IMG/VR virus record: IMGVR_UViG_3300007538_000135
Coordinates: 1-27,498 of that record
From: a virus
Taxonomy: Duplodnaviria > Caudoviricetes
Strand: one strand, 5' to 3'
DNA length: 27,498 bases
The position numbers were made by a program, and so were the translations under genes. The notes beneath the pieces are model-generated. The model had not been told where the DNA came from. It saw nothing but the letters and a program-made list of their open reading frames with translations, and made no database searches. Below, one piece after another: positions 9,668-19,745 of this stretch. Position 1 is the first letter of the stretch. Each line of letters begins with the position of its first letter.

Positions 9668-12600
9668 ATGGCTAATATAACCGCAAACCGAATTAATGAA
9701 TTGCAGACACGAATTGCAAATATTCTAGGAACAGGATCAGGTCAATCAGGGTACGGTCAAACACTTGCTAGTTCGCAAGTAAGTACTACTGATATCGTAG
9801 ATGCTGACCACTTAAACAATATGTATGCGGATTTAATTAGGATGCGGATTCATCAAGTTGGAACATTTTCAAATTTAACTAATGTTGATGAAAATTTAAA
9901 TGTTATTGCCGAAGAAACTAGTTATTTTGTGAACAATTCCGGGCAACAATCAGCAGATCCAGAAGGTACATATAACGGTATATTAGACTATGAAAGATTA
10001 ATGTCATCAATTGAAGCGGATAAATTCTTAATAGATACGACTCAAGCAAAAATTGAAGATGTGTTATCAAGTGCAAGATCAGTTTCATGGAATGATTCTA
10101 TATATCATGAATTTTCAGTAACATTTCAAGATGAAAATCATAGAAGGCATTTTTTCAACTCAGGTGGTCAAATTAGATTTAGTGCTACAAATACAGGAAC
10201 ATCGTTATCTGATAAAGGTACTAGTTGGAAGACATTATGCGAACAAGTAGGAATAGTTAAATTTAATTATAATTCAACAGCATCGTTATCAGGTAACGGG
10301 CAAGGTTCAAATATTGGCAATTATGGATTAACAACTACATACCAAACTATTTATACTTACACAACAGGTACTGGAACATATGCTGGTAATTTTTATAAAA
10401 TTTCTGCATACTCGAACGGCACTAACAAAATTTATTTTAAAGTTGAATTTAACGACTTTGCATCTGGCGATTTTGATGTGAATGTTGATGGAACATTAAC
10501 TAGTAAAATACAACATTATATATCAACTGATCGGGTTATAATTGCAGCTCCAGAATATACAACTGAAAAAGGTTTAAATGAATTTGCCGAGTCGCAAAGT
10601 TTTAGGCTATCTGCTGATAAAACTGTTGTAAATGAAGGTGGCAGTGTTGCAGTTACATTAAGAACTACTGGGGTTTCACAAAATACTACAGTTCCATATA
10701 CTATTACCGGAGTTACAACCGATGATATTGGAATATCATTAACTGGAAATTTTACAATTGGTAGCACAGGTGAAGGGAATATTACTATACCAATTAGTAC
10801 AGATTCTGTTTCAGATGAAAATGAGACATTGTTATTATCATTAGATAATAACGAAGATTCAATATCTATTTCTATTTCTGATTTAGTTCAGACTTATACT
10901 GTAACAACAAATAAAACGGAAGTAGTTGAAGGAGAATCAATTGAGATAACCTTGACAACTACTAATGTACAAAACGGAACTATTATATACTGGAAAGATT
11001 TTACCGGTACGTCTATATCACCTGAAGCAGACGATTACAGTGATAATGCAAATAGCGGATCATTTAGTATCAACAATAACATTTACGTATTATCTCGGAC
11101 ATTAGTATTAGATACAGTTACTGAGAATGAATCTTTAAACATTGAATTTTTTACTGATAGTGCGTATACTAACAAAGTAGCAAGTACTGGTCTTATACCT
11201 ATAATTGATATAGAATGGACAGTAGCTGCTGATCAATCTACTGTTGATGAAGACACAGATAGCGGTTTTAGTGTTCTTGTAAGTCCACCTGCTGCAAGAA
11301 ATTTTTGGTACACATGGGGAACTGTTGAAGGATCAGGTAGTACATCTAGTGCAGGAGCAACAGGACTTACTGTAAAATCTCCGTTAGTTACTACAGATTC
11401 TACTATTCCAATGATTATATACAATGATGCTAATCGAACAGTTGAAGTAGATAGAGTAAATGTAACTGTAAATAATGTAGAGGTTCAATGGACATTATCT
11501 CCCGATACAATAACTGTTTACGAATTTGAATCAGCCTTATTTACAGTTACCGGCTCTCCGAATACAACATTTTATAGTAAAACAAGTGATTCTGAAACAT
11601 TAACTGATTTTACAAATGGCACAGAGCAGACTACTCAAGCCGACGGTACTAAAGAATTTACTATATCTAGTACTGATGGAGAAACTACTCGGTATGTCCA
11701 TATATTTGCCGATGCTTCGTCCACTACTTCATACGATGTATCTACACTTAATATTACAAATGTGCCGTGGACTATTAACATTGCAGAATCGTCAGTAATT
11801 GCAGGAAGTTTTATAAATGCAACAGTAACCGGACCAAAAGGACAGAAATATTATTTAAGGTGGACAACATCGACGTCTAAAACAGCATCTGGAACATTGT
11901 TAACTACTGAACTTACAATGCCTAACGACAGGACACAAACTACATCTATTCAAGTTCCTAACACTACTGGTACAATTTATATTCATGTAAGTGTATCTGC
12001 TAGTGAATCACGTGTAGAAGGAACTACAGTAATTTATGATACATTAACTGTAACATCAGCAGTTTCATGGGGAGCATCAGTTAGTCCGTCAAGTGTAACT
12101 CAGAATAATTCAGCAACATTTACAATCACCGGTCAAAGTGGTAGTCAGTACTATTATAAAATTGCAACAAGTACCTCTGCTTCTGCATTGTATTCGGGAT
12201 CAGGAACTATGCCTTCTAATAATACAACTTCCTTTTCTAAAGGAATGACAACTGTTGGAACATACTACTTATATGTATACACCGATGCCGGATATAGTAC
12301 ATTAGTAGCATCGTCGAGCGGAGTAACAGTTACAGTACAAGCAATAACACCGTCGATAACATCAATAGGATGGAATAATTCTACAATATACACTAATGCA
12401 TCTCCTTCATCGTCTACATTATCGTGGACAACCTCAAATGCATCATCTGTGCAATATGCGTTAACATCTTCCGCAACAACACCGACGACAGGTTGGATCA
12501 ATGGAAATATTAATGGATCTGCTTCATATAGTGCAAGCTCAGCAGGAACTATCTACGGGCATGTTAAAGCTATTAGTTCAACTGGGCAAACAGCAACAAC

Positions 12601-14707
12601 TTATCGCACATTAGCTATTACTACACAAGTAATTACATATTCGTGGTCAGTAAGTAAATCGTCACCGTCTACAGTATATGGTGGAACATCGACAACATTT
12701 TCTGTGTCGGTATCTCCTGCTGCTTCAAGAAGTTTTACATATTCATGGAGTACAAAATCAGGATCAGGCACTACTAATACTTCAGGAACAGCTAGTTTCT
12801 CAGTATCTGCACCGACGGTTACATCGTCTGGTAATGTTACATTATATATCTATGAAAACAATGTTCAAAAAGCATCAGTTAATGTGTATATAACGTATGT
12901 TGCTCCGGTGTCGTGGTCAATTTCAGGCTCAAGCTCGGTAAATAGTGGAGAGTCGTCGACTTATACTGTCACTGGACCAAATAGCACAACGGCATATTGG
13001 AGATTAGGTAGTACTTTATCGAGCTCAACTTACAAAGGATCTCTTACAACGAATAGCTCTGGATCAGCTTCAATTAGTGTTAGTTTTCCATCAGTGACTA
13101 GCACGCAAACTACTTATATTTGGATTGTTAATTCGTCAACAACTACATCATCAAGTTTAACTTCAAAATCAGTTACTATTAATTATGTTGCATCGTGGAG
13201 TGTGTACGGTCCGGGGGTAAATAGTCCGTATTCTGCGTATGAAGCTACTTCGGGAACATTTTATATTTCAGGACCACCTAGCACTACAGTGTATTATAGA
13301 ATAGGTACAACATTAAGTTCATCGACTTATAAAGGGTATACTGCTACAAATACAGCAGGTAGTGCTACTGCTACAGTTGCAGCTTTTCCATTAGTTTCTT
13401 CTAATTCTACGAATTATATTTACTTAACAACATCAACAACTACTACATCTTCGTCTCTTGCGTCGTCGTCGTTTACTATATTAAATGTTCCTTGGACAGT
13501 ATCTGGAACATCTAGTGGACAAACTGGTTCTAGTGCATCATGGACTGTTTCAGGGCCGTCGGGCCAATATTTTAGCGTAAGGTTACGTACTTCTGCAACA
13601 GCAACTTCGGTATTAAATGATACTGGTACTACAGGTACTGCAAATATAAACGGTGTTGGATCAGATACAGTTTCCGGCACGTTGCCTTCTACTACAGGGT
13701 CGTATACCTTGTATGTATATGATATTCTTGGAACAACAGTAGCTACTTATTCGGTAACAGTTAATGCATCGTGGTCAATATCTGGATCAAATTCGGTGCC
13801 TAGCGGAGGATCAGCAACATATACTATCACTGGAACAGCAAGCACTACTGTTAAAGTTTATCGTGATAGTGTTTATGCTGCTGCAGTTACATTAAATTCT
13901 AGTGGATCAAAAACGGTCACTCTTACATTTCCAACCGTAACTCAAACAACTGACAGTCTTATAACAGTAACTAATTTTAATTCAATAACAACAATTTACG
14001 CAGTGAAAACTGTATCAGTAACATATACTGCTCCATCGTACGATATTCGAATAGTTAGCTCAAGCTCAGTAAATGATCTAACTTTTCTTTCTGTTACAGC
14101 AAGTGCAAATGATGCAGTTGTATACGCTGGAGCATCTGACGAAACTACTATAAAAATTCCTACATACTTTGCTGGTGATGCTGGACAAGACGGTACTGCT
14201 GGGTCAACAGGTGTTTGTTGGGGGATAGCATATAGGGCGTTAACAAGTTCTATTACATCGATATCAGGACTTGCTAGTTCAGGAGTATCTCATGCTGCGG
14301 TTGTAGTACGTGATGCAAATTTAGTATCTGGAGGAGGGCAGTTTGGTTTTGGCACTGGAATTATATCAACTGCTTCGGATACATTTGGAAGTGGAACTAT
14401 TACTGGCCTATCGACAAGCAAGACATACCTTATTGTAATAACAATTGCAATAGATGATTGTAGCACTACTAGTGCAACATTAGGTAGCGGATTTACTAGA
14501 AATATTATACGGTCAAAGACTAATAGCACAACAACAACATTTGATGATGAAAATTCAAACAGAACAGTAATTATAGGTTCAAAAAAGGTATCAGGAGTAA
14601 GTTCAGTTTATTTTTCTGGAGTTACAATACCTAATGCAAAAACTGCTGCATACTCCACATCAGTTTCGTATGCAGTAGGAGGATTCTATATAGAGCAAAA
14701 ATCATAG
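9668..14707 (+). CDS. Very large Ser/Thr-rich virion fibre/adhesin with tandem ~95-aa Ig-like repeats, 1679 aa
   Basis: N-terminal ~500 aa paralogous to 6241..9585; then repeats beginning W(S/T)(I/V)S..S..V..G.S..(Y/F)T(V/I)TGP; own late promoter and RBS. Confidence 0.78.
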   Translation: MANITANRINELQTRIANILGTGSGQSGYGQTLASSQVSTTDIVDADHLNNMYADLIRMRIHQVGTFSNLTNVDENLNVIAEETSYFVNNSGQQSADPEGTYNGILDYERLMSSIEADKFLIDTTQAKIEDVLSSARSVSWNDSIYHEFSVTFQDENHRRHFFNSGGQIRFSATNTGTSLSDKGTSWKTLCEQVGIVKFNYNSTASLSGNGQGSNIGNYGLTTTYQTIYTYTTGTGTYAGNFYKISAYSNGTNKIYFKVEFNDFASGDFDVNVDGTLTSKIQHYISTDRVIIAAPEYTTEKGLNEFAESQSFRLSADKTVVNEGGSVAVTLRTTGVSQNTTVPYTITGVTTDDIGISLTGNFTIGSTGEGNITIPISTDSVSDENETLLLSLDNNEDSISISISDLVQTYTVTTNKTEVVEGESIEITLTTTNVQNGTIIYWKDFTGTSISPEADDYSDNANSGSFSINNNIYVLSRTLVLDTVTENESLNIEFFTDSAYTNKVASTGLIPIIDIEWTVAADQSTVDEDTDSGFSVLVSPPAARNFWYTWGTVEGSGSTSSAGATGLTVKSPLVTTDSTIPMIIYNDANRTVEVDRVNVTVNNVEVQWTLSPDTITVYEFESALFTVTGSPNTTFYSKTSDSETLTDFTNGTEQTTQADGTKEFTISSTDGETTRYVHIFADASSTTSYDVSTLNITNVPWTINIAESSVIAGSFINATVTGPKGQKYYLRWTTSTSKTASGTLLTTELTMPNDRTQTTSIQVPNTTGTIYIHVSVSASESRVEGTTVIYDTLTVTSAVSWGASVSPSSVTQNNSATFTITGQSGSQYYYKIATSTSASALYSGSGTMPSNNTTSFSKGMTTVGTYYLYVYTDAGYSTLVASSSGVTVTVQAITPSITSIGWNNSTIYTNASPSSSTLSWTTSNASSVQYALTSSATTPTTGWINGNINGSASYSASSAGTIYGHVKAISSTGQTATTYRTLAITTQVITYSWSVSKSSPSTVYGGTSTTFSVSVSPAASRSFTYSWSTKSGSGTTNTSGTASFSVSAPTVTSSGNVTLYIYENNVQKASVNVYITYVAPVSWSISGSSSVNSGESSTYTVTGPNSTTAYWRLGSTLSSSTYKGSLTTNSSGSASISVSFPSVTSTQTTYIWIVNSSTTTSSSLTSKSVTINYVASWSVYGPGVNSPYSAYEATSGTFYISGPPSTTVYYRIGTTLSSSTYKGYTATNTAGSATATVAAFPLVSSNSTNYIYLTTSTTTTSSSLASSSFTILNVPWTVSGTSSGQTGSSASWTVSGPSGQYFSVRLRTSATATSVLNDTGTTGTANINGVGSDTVSGTLPSTTGSYTLYVYDILGTTVATYSVTVNASWSISGSNSVPSGGSATYTITGTASTTVKVYRDSVYAAAVTLNSSGSKTVTLTFPTVTQTTDSLITVTNFNSITTIYAVKTVSVTYTAPSYDIRIVSSSSVNDLTFLSVTASANDAVVYAGASDETTIKIPTYFAGDAGQDGTAGSTGVCWGIAYRALTSSITSISGLASSGVSHAAVVVRDANLVSGGGQFGFGTGIISTASDTFGSGTITGLSTSKTYLIVITIAIDDCSTTSATLGSGFTRNIIRSKTNSTTTTFDDENSNRTVIIGSKKVSGVSSVYFSGVTIPNAKTAAYSTSVSYAVGGFYIEQKS

Positions 14708-14720
14708 TATAAGTAGATAA

Positions 14721-14756
14721 ACGTTCTTAGGTGATTAAATAATCACCTAAGAACGT
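14721..14756. terminator. 17-bp perfect inverted repeat between convergent transcription units (probable bidirectional terminator)
   Basis: acgttcttaggtgatta-aa-taatcacctaagaacgt lies between the stop at 14707 (+) and the stop at 14774 (-); no clear U-tract on either side. Confidence 0.7.
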
Positions 14757-14773
14757 AATTAATATGTTTAATG

Positions 14774-16030
14774 TTAAGCACCACCGCCTGACAAAATACC
14801 ATTAACAGTACCGTTAATAGTCAAATCATTAGCAACAATATTTCCAGTAGTGGAATCAATAATAGCAGTTGAATCTTCACCGATAACGTCAGATGTTATT
14901 CCTAATGAGTAGTTTAATGTACCGGTGATAGTTAAATTGTTAAATACTGCATCACCTGACATAACATCTATAATAATTGAAGAATCATCACCTATTACAT
15001 TGCCTTTTATATCACCTAAAATTAAGCCATCTGATATTAAATTTGAGTTTACAATTAATTGATTAAATGTACCAATATTATTGTAATGGTCAATCATTAA
15101 GTTGTCTTGAAGATCATAAATAGCTACTTTAAATCCAGAATTAAAATTTTGAATTTCATTGGAAAATAATAATTCTCCAGTAATTGTAGCATTAGACACA
15201 TTAATATTTTTATTAATATAATCAACTATAATGTTATCTAAGTCGTCAACAATATTTCCTTTAACTGTTGAAATTATATTTTGCGATGAAATTTCATCTG
15301 CAATTAATGATGTGCAACTGATAATATTCGAAGTTAACGAGGATAGTGATGCTGTAGTAGCACTAATTTCGTTCGAAGTTAAATTTTCCGAAATTAATGA
15401 TAGTGTAGTACAATCTGATGTATTAATAGAGTCAGTAGATATTTGCGTAGAATTTATATTAGTTGTTGTTACACTATTAGAATTGACACTTTCTACAATT
15501 ACAGCCGATTCTGCAACATCGAGCAATACAGTATTTGCACTATTTACTATAGCATTTTGTACTTTTATTACATCTGACAACACTGATATGCTATTTATAT
15601 TCTTAATAAAACCTACTCCCCACTGTAATGTATCAGAACCTAGTGAATATATTTCCGAAGCTTGTGGGGTTAAATTAGAAGCTATTTCACCTTCTAATTG
15701 TATGATGCTATTTACGGGCATAATTAAATGATTTATATTACATGTGCTAACTGTAGTATTGTTAGACACAGATAAATCTCCATCAATAGTAATATTACCG
15801 GTAATATCAATGTTACCAGAACCTCCAATAGTCTGGTTATTAAGATCCATATCTGATGCTAGAGTTGGAGAAGTATCTCCTATTAACGAAGCAGACATTG
15901 TTACACCGCCTGCTGTGTACCCGTCTCCTACATGTAATCTCTTTGTATCTGTTGTATAAATCAATTCACCTTCTAACGGTGTAATTAATTGTCGTTCTGT
16001 ATCTGTTCCTCGTCTTAGACGTAACGCCAT
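14774..16030 (-). CDS. Tail fibre-like protein with Mtd_N/hyaluronidase-type N-terminal domain, 418 aa
   Basis: N-terminus MALRLRRGT..R..ITPLEGELIYTTDTKRLHVGDG.TAGG is the major-tropism-determinant N-terminal motif; repeated (K)G(N/D)(V/I)..DS..IID units; late promoter and AGGAG RBS upstream. Confidence 0.8.
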   Translation of the reverse strand: MALRLRRGTDTERQLITPLEGELIYTTDTKRLHVGDGYTAGGVTMSASLIGDTSPTLASDMDLNNQTIGGSGNIDITGNITIDGDLSVSNNTTVSTCNINHLIMPVNSIIQLEGEIASNLTPQASEIYSLGSDTLQWGVGFIKNINSISVLSDVIKVQNAIVNSANTVLLDVAESAVIVESVNSNSVTTTNINSTQISTDSINTSDCTTLSLISENLTSNEISATTASLSSLTSNIISCTSLIADEISSQNIISTVKGNIVDDLDNIIVDYINKNINVSNATITGELLFSNEIQNFNSGFKVAIYDLQDNLMIDHYNNIGTFNQLIVNSNLISDGLILGDIKGNVIGDDSSIIIDVMSGDAVFNNLTITGTLNYSLGITSDVIGEDSTAIIDSTTGNIVANDLTINGTVNGILSGGGA

Positions 16031-16062
16031 AATAGTAACTCCTGGAATATCTTATATTATAA

Positions 16063-16070
16063 TATTTATC
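16063..16070 (-). promoter_or_regulatory. T4-like late promoter (GATAAATA)
   Basis: TATTTATC on the + strand, 32 nt upstream of the ATG at 16030. Confidence 0.7.
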
Positions 16071-16105
16071 AGAATTTCAAATAAACTAGAAACAGATACA
16101 AAAGA

Positions 16106-16432
16106 TCATTTTCTTTTCTTAAAGAATTTATGAGTCCTTACTTTAACATCTTTGATTACTTTTGTAGTATTAATATCAAATTCTACATTAGTAATATAGT
16201 CGCTGTAATTATAAAAAAACTCTTCGATAGCATCTTCTACAGTTTCATCTTCATCAAAGTTTTCAGGTTTAGTTAAATCGATTGTCCATTGTTCGCCATT
16301 TTCAAAAGATACGTGGAGTACATCCACGTATTTTATAGGAATAGCTCGAATTTCAATATCCTTAAAAATTTCAGGCCATTGATCGATAATTTCTTTAGGG
16401 AGTTTTCCTTCTTGATTAAGTGCTCTGCTCAT
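16106..16432 (-). CDS. Hypothetical phage protein (likely start MSRALNQEG at 16432 rather than 16492)
   Basis: ORF track 16106..16492; the internal ATG reduces overlap with the upstream gene to 17 nt; acidic core and basic C-terminus. Confidence 0.65.
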   Translation of the reverse strand: MSRALNQEGKLPKEIIDQWPEIFKDIEIRAIPIKYVDVLHVSFENGEQWTIDLTKPENFDEDETVEDAIEEFFYNYSDYITNVEFDINTTKVIKDVKVRTHKFFKKRK

Positions 16433-17099
16433 TTTTCTTAGTTCTTGCTCTAGTTGTTTTGGGTTTAGGAGCAGAATTTTGTTTTTTTGCAACTACTTTA
16501 GGTTTTACTAAAGTAGGACTTAATTCATCAGCTTGTTTAGTAAGAGACTCTGCTTCTTTTAATAAAGATTCTGCTTGTGCTCTTAATCTAGTTGCAATTT
16601 GTTCATCAGATAATACATCAGGCATTGATTCTGCTATTACAGTATTTGCAACAGGTTCTTCTTTTGGGAAGTTCATCGGTGGTAAAGATCTTGGCTTTTC
16701 TTTTTTACCAGAAGGATCAGAAAGTGCTAAGTCTGCAACACTTACCCCTTTTTTAGCAGCAATCAGCTGATTTAACTCACTTAATAAAATTGTCGAAGTA
16801 GTAGTTGGAGTCATTTCTACATCGGACGATTTTACTTTAACCATTTTACCAGTACTATGAAATCTTGCAAGCATATTAGACCCATCAGGCAACGGTGTTC
16901 TAGACATTGCTATAGCTAAATCTTGCACTTGTTGTCCTGCAGGCGATTCTACTAATTTCATTAAGCTGTCGTGTTCATCAGCCATTAAGTTTTCAGTAGT
17001 TATAACAATCGATGACGTTGGTTCGTTGGGTACTACATGATACGCAACTACTACCCTGCGTTTATTTTTCACCATACGACCTACATGTTTTAATAACAT
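16416..17099 (-). CDS. Hypothetical phage protein with Lys-rich C-terminal tail, 227 aa
   Basis: GAGGA RBS upstream; globular N-terminus (LKHVGR...HDSLMKLVES..GQ), predicted coiled coil, basic tail. Confidence 0.75.
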   Translation of the reverse strand: MLLKHVGRMVKNKRRVVVAYHVVPNEPTSSIVITTENLMADEHDSLMKLVESPAGQQVQDLAIAMSRTPLPDGSNMLARFHSTGKMVKVKSSDVEMTPTTTSTILLSELNQLIAAKKGVSVADLALSDPSGKKEKPRSLPPMNFPKEEPVANTVIAESMPDVLSDEQIATRLRAQAESLLKEAESLTKQADELSPTLVKPKVVAKKQNSAPKPKTTRARTKKNEQST

Positions 17100-17112
17100 A
17101 AATCAAATCCTC

Positions 17113-17361
17113 TTATTGTTGTTTATTTTGTTGTTGTTGCTCAATTACTGCTGTTAAAAAATTATCCAATTTAACATAAGTTTGTCCAACTGACACCATT
17201 TCAGTCGGTTTAAATGCACCTCTCTGGCTTGCTACATCAATAATAGCTTTTAACGACTGCAAGTCTTGGATAGTTATGTCTGATCCTTGATTAGTTGCAG
17301 TAGCGTTTTGGTTAGATTCTTGTGCAGAACTAGTAGTTTCTTTTGTTTCTTGTGTTGTCAT
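17113..17361 (-). CDS. Small conserved phage protein, 82 aa
   Basis: AAGGAG RBS and ATAAATA upstream; core ITIQDL..LK.IIDVASQRGAFK..EM..VG..Y.KL..FL. Confidence 0.75.
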   Translation of the reverse strand: MTTQETKETTSSAQESNQNATATNQGSDITIQDLQSLKAIIDVASQRGAFKPTEMVSVGQTYVKLDNFLTAVIEQQQQNKQQ

Positions 17362-17375
17362 TAAAATCTCCTTTG

Positions 17376-17382
17376 TATTTAT
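17376..17382 (-). promoter_or_regulatory. Possible T4-like late promoter (ATAAATA)
   Basis: TATTTAT on the + strand, 14 nt upstream of the ATG at 17361; spacing is tight against the RBS. Confidence 0.5.
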
Positions 17383-17436
17383 TGTTTAGGTTTGTTATGT
17401 ATTTCAATAACTATTATATTACTATTTTGCATGATA

Positions 17437-17697
17437 TCAATGATTACTACTACAATATTTTAATACAAATAAAGAAAGTTCTCGGTTATCTTCGAATGCA
17501 ATTTTAAGATGCACTTTAGACTTCCCATCTATCATTGATACAGCTTTTCCAATATAATATCTATTCTTTAAGTTATTTAAAATCCAACTGTCAACAGACA
17601 TACTATGCGATATATTTATGTCAATACTATGAAAGTGTATTGGTAAAAACATAACTCGTCTAGCATTAAAACATTGAATTGGATTTACTTTCATCAT
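17437..17697 (-). CDS. Hypothetical protein, 86 aa
   Basis: Fills the gap in a tightly packed - strand operon; WI..NLK.RYY and (I)AFED..ELS.F.L pattern. Confidence 0.65.
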   Translation of the reverse strand: MMKVNPIQCFNARRVMFLPIHFHSIDINISHSMSVDSWILNNLKNRYYIGKAVSMIDGKSKVHLKIAFEDNRELSLFVLKYCSSNH

Positions 17698-17702
17698 AAA
17701 AA

Positions 17703-18083
17703 TTAAGCTTTCAACGACATAGCCTTAACAATTCCATATCGTTGCAAGTTGTTTGCAAATAACGCAATTTCAACAGTTTTTCTTTCATTAGTTAAAACAA
17801 TAGATTTTTTTGTTAAAAAATACGGACAATCTATAAGTTTATCTAAAAATACTAGTATTTGAGGAGTTATCGGTATATCTTTTGGATATGGTAACTCATA
17901 TGTTTTTATATCTAGTTTTTTTATAACTGAAAGACCGTTGTCGGTTAATCGTAACCCTACATTTCCTCTATTGCGAATGTTATACCACCATTCGTAAGTA
18001 TACTGTTTAATAGAGTCGTCTGTAGTAGGCAATCCTAATTGTTCTAAAAATAATTTAGTATAAATTCTTTTCCAATTAACCAT
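17703..18083 (-). CDS. Hypothetical phage protein, 126 aa
   Basis: Operon packing; motif WWYN.R...GLRLT..G and LD..IDCPY(F/Y). Confidence 0.7.
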   Translation of the reverse strand: MVNWKRIYTKLFLEQLGLPTTDDSIKQYTYEWWYNIRNRGNVGLRLTDNGLSVIKKLDIKTYELPYPKDIPITPQILVFLDKLIDCPYFLTKKSIVLTNERKTVEIALFANNLQRYGIVKAMSLKA

Positions 18084-18102
18084 ACACTTCTCACTAAATA
18101 AG

Positions 18103-18109
18103 TATTTAT
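18103..18109 (-). promoter_or_regulatory. Possible T4-like late promoter (ATAAATA) overlapping the upstream stop codon
   Basis: TATTTAT on the + strand, 19 nt upstream of the ATG at 18083. Confidence 0.5.
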
Positions 18110-18351
18110 TTCCAATCGCTCCCCCGATCTAATCTAATTTCAAACACTTCATCTGAAGATTTAGATGAAGATGCAACTAATGTTTCTAAAGAACCTTCTA
18201 ATCTACTCATTACTATACCTAGTGTATATGCTAAACTCTTAGCAGCATTGATATCTAAATTAACATCTCTTGCACGACTTAAATCAGCAGTTTTTACTTT
18301 TTGTATAAACTGCTGAATAGGAATAGTATTTAATGGTTCACACTCTTGCAC
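18106..18351 (-). CDS. Hypothetical protein, 81 aa
   Basis: GTG start with AGGAG RBS (ctcct at 18359-18363); operon packing. Confidence 0.65.
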   Translation of the reverse strand: MQECEPLNTIPIQQFIQKVKTADLSRARDVNLDINAAKSLAYTLGIVMSRLEGSLETLVASSSKSSDEVFEIRLDRGSDWK

Positions 18352-18370
18352 TTGCTATCTCCTAGTAAGC

Positions 18371-19354
18371 TTATTTAATATATTTTGCGTTTAAACTTTC
18401 AGAAATTGTTTGAGCTTGATCTGAAAGTTTTTGCAAGTCCCATTTAGCACAAAATTTCATAAAGCGAATACCTACTTGTGAAATTGCTTTAGGCTCTACA
18501 GTAGAAATACTATTATTGATAATTTCTTTAATATTATCAGGCTGTGCAGATAAATCACATAATATAACATTTCGGTTATAATCGTCTAATACCCTATGTT
18601 CAGTTCCATTATGATCTACCCATTTTTGCAACATTAAATTATTCCATGTAAACCCTTTATTTTTTCTATCATCAAATGCGTCTAACAGACCTACTTTTGT
18701 CTTTGTTCCTTTTTTTCGGACTCCAGGATAAGCAGAAAAAACATTGTCAGATGTGTCACCGCGTATACATTTTTCAAATAATGACCATTCAGGATCAGGT
18801 GCTTCTTTTGCTTGATTAGTTTTCTTGTCAATTACAGCATTACCAAGTTCGTCAAAATATCCTTCGTGTGTAATTGTAGTATTATTAACGCCATTATATT
18901 GTTTTACATTAGGTGCAATTAATTGAATAAAATCGCCGTCTGTACTAATTATAACATGGTTATCATTGGGATGATGTTGTATCCATCCTGCAATTAAGTC
19001 ATCTGCTTCGAGATTTGGATGCTGAAGAACTGTGCAATTTGATTGATCATTCATAAACGACGTAAACTCGTTATAAATTTCCCAAAATATCTTATCTTCT
19101 TCAGCTTCTTGGGCAGTCATTGCATCACGAGTTTCTTGTCTATTACGTTTATATGGTTCGTAAAAATCCTTCCTCCACGAACGCCCTTCTAAACATATAA
19201 CTAAATGACTTCCTTTAAATTCTTTCCATGCTTTAATAATGCTAGAGAATGTAATATGAAGAGCCATTCCCACTTTAGTGTCAATATCACCTCGAACAAC
19301 ATGCCGAGCTCTAAAAAATAAATTACTAGTATCCAATAAAATGTATGTATTCAT
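18371..19354 (-). CDS. rnh: T4 RNase H-like 5'-3' exonuclease (FEN1/PIN-like fold), 327 aa
   Basis: Catalytic acidic motifs ILLDTSNLFFR, EGRSWRKDFY.PYK.NR, LEADDLIA, ISTDGDFIQL, GDTSDNV. Confidence 0.9.
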   Translation of the reverse strand: MNTYILLDTSNLFFRARHVVRGDIDTKVGMALHITFSSIIKAWKEFKGSHLVICLEGRSWRKDFYEPYKRNRQETRDAMTAQEAEEDKIFWEIYNEFTSFMNDQSNCTVLQHPNLEADDLIAGWIQHHPNDNHVIISTDGDFIQLIAPNVKQYNGVNNTTITHEGYFDELGNAVIDKKTNQAKEAPDPEWSLFEKCIRGDTSDNVFSAYPGVRKKGTKTKVGLLDAFDDRKNKGFTWNNLMLQKWVDHNGTEHRVLDDYNRNVILCDLSAQPDNIKEIINNSISTVEPKAISQVGIRFMKFCAKWDLQKLSDQAQTISESLNAKYIK

Positions 19355-19367
19355 TATGTTTGTTTAA

Positions 19368-19730
19368 TTATAAAATTGACGATATATTAAGTGAGCCTAT
19401 ATTACGATCTGAACTTTGATTTGTTTCTTCTAATATTTGTAAGATAATATCTTTAAACCACTTTTCAACAATCTGTTCATTTGTTTCGCCAGTATAACCA
19501 GCATCTATCAAAACTTCAATAAATTCATTATTCCAATCTAATTCAAAAAACCCATTTTTAATGTTATCTTCGTTTATATGAGTGTCTAATACTGCAACCC
19601 AAGGTTGTTTATTTTTTGTAGCAATCTCTTTTTCTTTGCTAAATGCTTCTTTTTTATCGAGTTCTGTTTCAATTCGATCTTTACAAGTATTAGTTTTTTT
19701 AGGTTTAAAAAGTTTATTTAATAAATTCAT
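19368..19730 (-). CDS. Hypothetical phage protein, 120 aa
   Basis: Operon packing between queE and rnh; motif PWV.VL....NGFFELDWN..F...L..AGY.G. Confidence 0.72.
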   Translation of the reverse strand: MNLLNKLFKPKKTNTCKDRIETELDKKEAFSKEKEIATKNKQPWVAVLDTHINEDNIKNGFFELDWNNEFIEVLIDAGYTGETNEQIVEKWFKDIILQILEETNQSSDRNIGSLNISSIL

Positions 19731-19745
19731 ATTATTCTCATTAAA

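Noticed and set aside
1253-14529. Many short antisense or alternate-frame ORFs inside the + strand structural genes
   Set aside because: Fully nested in long genes with clear motifs, no RBS or recognisable domains; expected shadow ORFs.
14774-16030. Diversity-generating retroelement suggested by the Mtd_N-like N-terminus
   Set aside because: No reverse transcriptase, no TR/VR repeat pair differing at adenines, and no C-type lectin C-terminus visible in the window.
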